This document shows, in pieces, positions 59,859 through 64,000 of a DNA stretch of 64,000 nt. The notes under the pieces were generated by a model. It was not told the origin of the DNA and ran no database searches. It was given only the letters and a program-made list of their open reading frames with translations. The DNA is taken from contig NC_047068.1 of the NCBI RefSeq assembly GCF_902459465.1, forward strand, positions 19,096,001 to 19,160,000. The letters run 5' to 3'. Every line of letters starts with the position of its first letter. The stretch's first letter is position 1. Source of the DNA: Asterias rubens (lineage: Eukaryota). Position numbers and translations under genes: made by a program.

Positions 59859-60220
59859 TTAAAGGAACACGTTGCCTTGGATCGGTCTAGTTGGTTTTTG
59901 AAAAGCGTTTGTAACTGTTTGTTATAAAATGCATATGGTTAGAAAAATGCTGTAAAAGTAGGATACAATGATTCACACAAACATGCCTCGAAATTGCACG
60001 GTTTTCCTTTTACCTCGTCGACTAACACGGTCGGCTATTTATGACCGACCGTGTTAGTTTGCAAAGTAAAAGGAAAACCACGCAATTTCGAGGCAAATTT
60101 GTGTGGATTATTGTATTCTAATTTTAAAACATCTTTCCAATCATATGCATTTTATAACAAACAGTTACAAACGCTTTTTATAGACCAACTCGTCCGATCC
60201 AAGGCAACGTGTTCCTTTAA
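59859..60220. mobile_element. TTAA-flanked foldback MITE (near-complete palindrome; fragment also near 5670-5830)
   Basis: TTAAAGGAACACGTTGCCTTGGATCGG ... CCGATCCAAGGCAACGTGTTCCTTTAA; centre TAACACGGTCGG-loop-CCGACCGTGTTA. Confidence 0.88.
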
Positions 60221-60355
60221 CTGAAAACCAAACCATGTGACAGCAGAAATGTCAAATGTCAACCTACCATTGTTTGGTTTTCATAAAAAAATAATGATAA
60301 CAACTTTGTACATATAGGGCTAGGATTGAGGTTTGAATGATGTGTAATGACTTAC

Positions 60356-60589
60356 GTGTGTCACAAATCTGTCCGGTCCATTCTAGTGGACATTGGCAGA
60401 CATAGGAAGTGTCCTGAGTAATACATGAGGCTCCGTTCAAACAAGGATTAGATGAACATTTATCATCAGATGTTTGACATGTATCTCCTGTCCATCCTCC
60501 TATGCAACTGCAAACATATCCAAATGGACCAGGCGACTCAAAACACTCTCCTCCGTTCAGGCATGGTTGACTTCCACAGCTTAGTATTT
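60356..60589 (-). CDS. Two-EGF exon
   Basis: 234 nt; [26 protein letters not shown]...[20 protein letters not shown]...ICDT. Confidence 0.92.
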
Positions 60590-60663
60590 CTGAATATCAA
60601 GTTTGTGGAAATAGAAATAGTAGTTTGTACTTGCAATCATCAGCCAACGAAGTTCAATAGTAT

Positions 60664-60824
60664 ACAAATATTGACTGCTTCAAGTGCTATGGTTAAAACT
60701 AAGACTTCCGAGGTGATCCCCGGAGCGTTCTATTTTCCTGAGGCGCAGCCGAGGGAAAATGGAACGGGATCACCGAAGGAGTCAGAGTTTTAAACATAGC
60801 CAAGTAAAAGCAGTCAATATTTGT
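60664..60824. mobile_element. Hairpin repeat
   Basis: ACAAATATTGACTGCTT...GCTATGGTTAAAACT / AGTTTTAAACATAGC...AAGCAGTCAATATTTGT. Confidence 0.7.
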
Positions 60825-61212
60825 TTTATAAAACCCCAACAGACTACTTATCATCCTCGTACACGTAACGTTCGTACGCGCATTCTAGATACAAAGATGC
60901 ACAACTGATTGGGTTCGAGGTGGGTAAGAAGATGTCTAGGTACTGCACGCCGTGTGATAGTCGTCGGACTATCACACGGCAAACGATGCACTATCACACG
61001 GCCGCTGTTTTAGTAAAACTAAGACATATCATGTGATGTGCTCTGAACCAATGAAAAGGCAGAATATTTGTAAGGGGTGTTATAATTAAAACTTACGACC
61101 AAGAAGTGAGTTTTAGATAAGTAACCATCAGGTTTTAGATGAATAACTATCAATAATCGTTACCAGTTCCAATACTGAGAACATAAATTGTTATAAAATA
61201 TGTTTCACTTAC

Positions 61213-61902
61213 GTGTCTCACAGTTCAGTCCTGCCCATCCAGCCGTACATTGACAAGAATAAGATGTCTGTTCATTCACACATGTGGCTCCATTCTGACA
61301 AGGACTGGACACACAAACATCAACCTGAGTGTCACAGTTCAGTCCTGTCCATCCAGCCGTACATTGACAAGAATAAAATGTCTGACCATTCACACATGTG
61401 GCTCCATTCTGACAAGGACTGGACACACAAACATCAACCTGAGTGTCACAGTTCAGTCCTGTCCATCCAGCCGTACATTGACAAGAATAAGATGTCTGAC
61501 CATTCACACATATGGCTCCATTCTGACAAGGACTGGACGCACAAACGTCAACCTGAGTGTCACAGTTCAGTCCTGTCCATCCAGCCGTACATTGACAAGA
61601 ATAAGATGTCTGACCATTCACACATGTGGCTCCATTCTGACAAGGACTGGACACACAAACATCAACCTGAGTGTCACAGTTCAGTCCTGTCCATCCAGCC
61701 GAACATTGACAAGAATAAGATGTCTGTCCATTCACACATGTGGCTCCATTCTGACAAGGACTGGACGCGCAAACATCAACCTGAGTGTCACAGTTCAGTC
61801 CTACCCATCCAGTTGAACATTGACAGAAATATTCAAAATTGTTTCCACCTTCCAGGCAAGTTCCTCCATTTTTGCAGGGTTGACTACCACAGCTCAATAT
61901 AC
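61213..61902 (-). CDS. Intronless six-EGF exon (120 + 5 x 114 nt), paralogue of the 20-EGF exon
   Basis: 690 nt, AG/GT, open; same QVDVC(A/V)SSPCQNGATC unit. Confidence 0.92.
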
Positions 61903-61994
61903 CTGAGTAGAGTATAATTGTTGAACGTCATGAATGTTAAAAGTAATTGTAAAAATGTGGAAAAAGGTTCACATGTGTAATGTGTTTGAATAAG

Positions 61995-62690
61995 TAACCC
62001 TTTAACTGGTGAGGTTTAGATAAGTAACCATCAACCTACGAGGTTTGAATGTGTTACCCTTAACCCCTAAGGCTTGGATAAGTAACCATCAACCGTCAAG
62101 GATAAAAAAGTAACCATCAACCTGTGAGGTTTGAATTAATAACTATCAACTTGAGAGGTTTGAATGTGTTACCCTAAACCAGTGTGGTTTGGATAAGTAA
62201 CCATCAACTTGCGAGGTTTGAATGTGTAACCATCAACCCCTAAGGCTTGGATAAGTAACCATCAACCTACGAGGTTTGAGAGTGTAAGCATCAACTTGCG
62301 GGGTTTAAATAAGTAACCACCAACCATTGTGGTTTGGATAAGTAACCATCAACTTGCGGGGTTTAAATAAGTAACCATCAGCCAGTGTGGTTTGGATAAG
62401 CTACCATCAACTTGTGAGGTTTAGATAAGTAACCAAGAACCAGTGTGGTTTGGATAAATAACCATCAACTTGCGAGGTTTGAATGTGTAACCCTCAACGC
62501 CCAAGGCTTGGATAAGTAACCATTAACCATCAAGGTTAAGAGAAGTAACCATCAACCTGTGAGGTTTGGATAAGAAACCATAAACCTATGAGCTTTGAAT
62601 TAATACTATCAACCTATTTACAACCATCAACCAACAAGTTTTAGATGAATAACTATCAATATAATACTGAGAACATAAGTTGTTATAAAA
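61995..62690. repeat. Degenerate ~27-35-bp minisatellite
   Basis: Recurrent GGTTTGGATAAGTAACCATCAAC core. Confidence 0.85.
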
Positions 62691-62702
62691 TATCTTTGAC
62701 TT

Positions 62703-63093
62703 TTGGGGTTGAACAAAGAATTGACTAGAGTGGGATTCGAACCAACGACCTCCGGAAACGTGCCGGCAATCTACCAACTGAGTTATCTAGCCCTATATTG
62801 GCGGTGTCCCTATTTTGTCAATATCTTTGTTCGGGGGTGCCAGTCAGAAGCCATACAACCGTTAACTGCCGTGTAGCCAGGGATCACACCCAAATTACGA
62901 TACAACCTTGGAAGCGGCAGCTAGGGGATCACCTTAAGGGGATGCGACTTTTTGTTTCAGATATCAATATAAACCACAAGGGAAACTGACTGGGTAAATT
63001 TGTAAATGACTTTTGGGGTTGAACAAAGAATTGACTAGAGTGGGATTCGAACCAACGACCTCCGGAAACGTGCCGGCGCTCTACCAACTGAGT
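62703..63093 (-). mobile_element. 391-bp insertion of the tRNA-containing repeat (310-bp period, ~1.25 units)
   Basis: Flanked by TATCTTTGACTT at 62691-62702 and 63094-63105. Confidence 0.82.
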
Positions 63094-63107
63094 TATCTTT
63101 GACTTAC

Positions 63108-63168
63108 GTATCTCACAGTTCAGTCCTGTCCATCCAGTCGTACATTGACAAGAACAAGAATAAAAAAA
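63108..63168 (-). pseudogene. Truncated 3' end of a multi-EGF-type exon
   Basis: FYSCSCQCTTGWTGLNCEI|GTAAGT, with a 6-bp internal duplication and an in-frame TAA upstream; 5' part replaced by a palindrome. Confidence 0.75.
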
Positions 63169-63176
63169 TGGTTAAC

Positions 63177-63365
63177 GGCCTGACGTTTCGACCCTATCAG
63201 AGTCTTCCTCGAAGGCTAAATGACAACACAACAAACACGAACAGGTAACTAAGTGAAACATAAGCACAAACATAAGCAATGTTAGTCACTTAGTTACCTG
63301 TTTATGTTTGTTGTGTTGTCATTTAGCCTTCGAGAAAGACTCTGCTAGGGTCGAAACGTCAGGCC
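63177..63365. mobile_element. Inverted repeat (80-bp arms, 29-bp spacer) with hammerhead-like outer ends (Penelope-like terminal structure)
   Basis: GGCCTGACGTTTCGACCCTA...AAGTGA / TCACTT...TAGGGTCGAAACGTCAGGCC. Confidence 0.8.
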
Positions 63366-63961
63366 AATAACTATTTTTTACATTTATACCATCAGTCCAT
63401 TTGGTTGGTAAGTTGTTTGCAACAGCTAATTTTATTTTCCCGGCCAAATGTAGCTGTAACTTCTTAGTCAAAACTCTGTGTAGTGGTCCTGTCTGGATTT
63501 CCACAACTTTGTAAACCACTGCCTGCATGGCAGGAGATTCTGTCCTCCCATATGGTGTACTGTACACAAACTTCTTCTGATAGCGCCCTCTTTTGAATCA
63601 ACCTCCTCAAACCCAAGTTAATTGCCCGTATGGGGGGGCAGAAACTCCGGGGGACAAATTTCCCTATGACACCTGCTCGTAATGTTTATGTTTGAAACTC
63701 AAGTTCAATACAAATGAAAGTGTTGAAAGATAGCCTCAAAATAAAGTCCAGTGACAAAGCTGGTTGACTAGTGAAATAACAAGCTAATTGCTTCCTGCTG
63801 GTTAGCAACTGACAACTCATATAATTTATTTACAGTAAACAGTCGGCCTTTGTCTCGTACCTCTTGCAAATGGTTGGTTTCTCTTGATGAGGTGTTAAGT
63901 CCCCTCCCAAATAAAATCATCCTGTTACATCACTACACAACCATTTTTTTTTCAATCTTAC

Positions 63962-64000
63962 GTGTATCACAATGTGTTCCAGTCCAACCAGCTTGGCATT
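63962..64000 (-). CDS. 3' end of the next upstream EGF exon (runs off the window)
   Basis: CQAGWTGTHCDT|GTAAG. Confidence 0.85.

Larger units (their letters stand above)
1085..64000 (-). other. Interior of a giant multi-exon EGF-repeat/CUB extracellular protein gene (fibropellin/Notch-like EGFs); both ends lie outside the window
   Basis: 86 co-oriented phase 1-1 exons with AG/GT ends (one lacks GT), each a multiple of 3 nt and each encoding 6-Cys EGF motif(s) or a CUB domain. Confidence 0.93.

Noticed and set aside
61995-62690. Telomere-like TAACCC motifs
   Set aside because: They occur only as scattered parts of a longer degenerate minisatellite, not as (TTAGGG)n arrays.
63319-63567. 82-aa ORF as a GIY-YIG or RT fragment next to the palindrome
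   Set aside because: I could not match any motif by eye in the three minus-strand frames. A tBLASTx or HMM search would be needed.
1085-64000. Naming the gene Notch, fibropellin (EGF1) or crumbs
   Set aside because: No LNR, ankyrin, avidin, laminin-G or TM segment is visible, and the domain order and count match none of them. Gene symbol left blank.

Overview
This is AT-rich eukaryotic (animal) genomic DNA, not prokaryotic. The exon style and SINE/MITE content suggest a marine invertebrate deuterostome, probably an echinoderm; this is inference only. The whole window is the interior of one very large minus-strand gene; no start, signal peptide, TM segment or stop is visible. I traced 86 phase 1-1 coding exons by hand (AG/GT boundaries, open frames; one has lost its GT). 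They encode about 111 complete Notch/fibropellin-type EGF domains, one partial EGF and one CUB domain (order 5'->3': ~103 EGF - CUB - at least 8 EGF), i.e. more than 4,300 aa. The EGFs were multiplied in three ways: (i) old, diverged one-domain exons; (ii) a young four-exon cassette of about 0.91-0.97 kb repeated 8 times (28.9-36.6 kb) with older copies out to 44.7 kb; (iii) intronless 114-bp tandem expansion inside single exons (20 EGFs in a 2,286-nt exon; 6 in a 690-nt exon). The introns hold tRNA-derived SINEs (including multimerised-head forms), MITEs, LINE 3' fragments, satellites and a dispersed repeat family ending in minimal type I hammerhead-ribozyme motifs of the kind known from Penelope-like retroelements. 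Several duplication scars create broken, extra or alternative splice sites. There is one assembly gap (59269-59581). No rRNA, CRISPR or prokaryotic operon is present. Repeat boundaries are approximate unless TIR/TSD ends are quoted.
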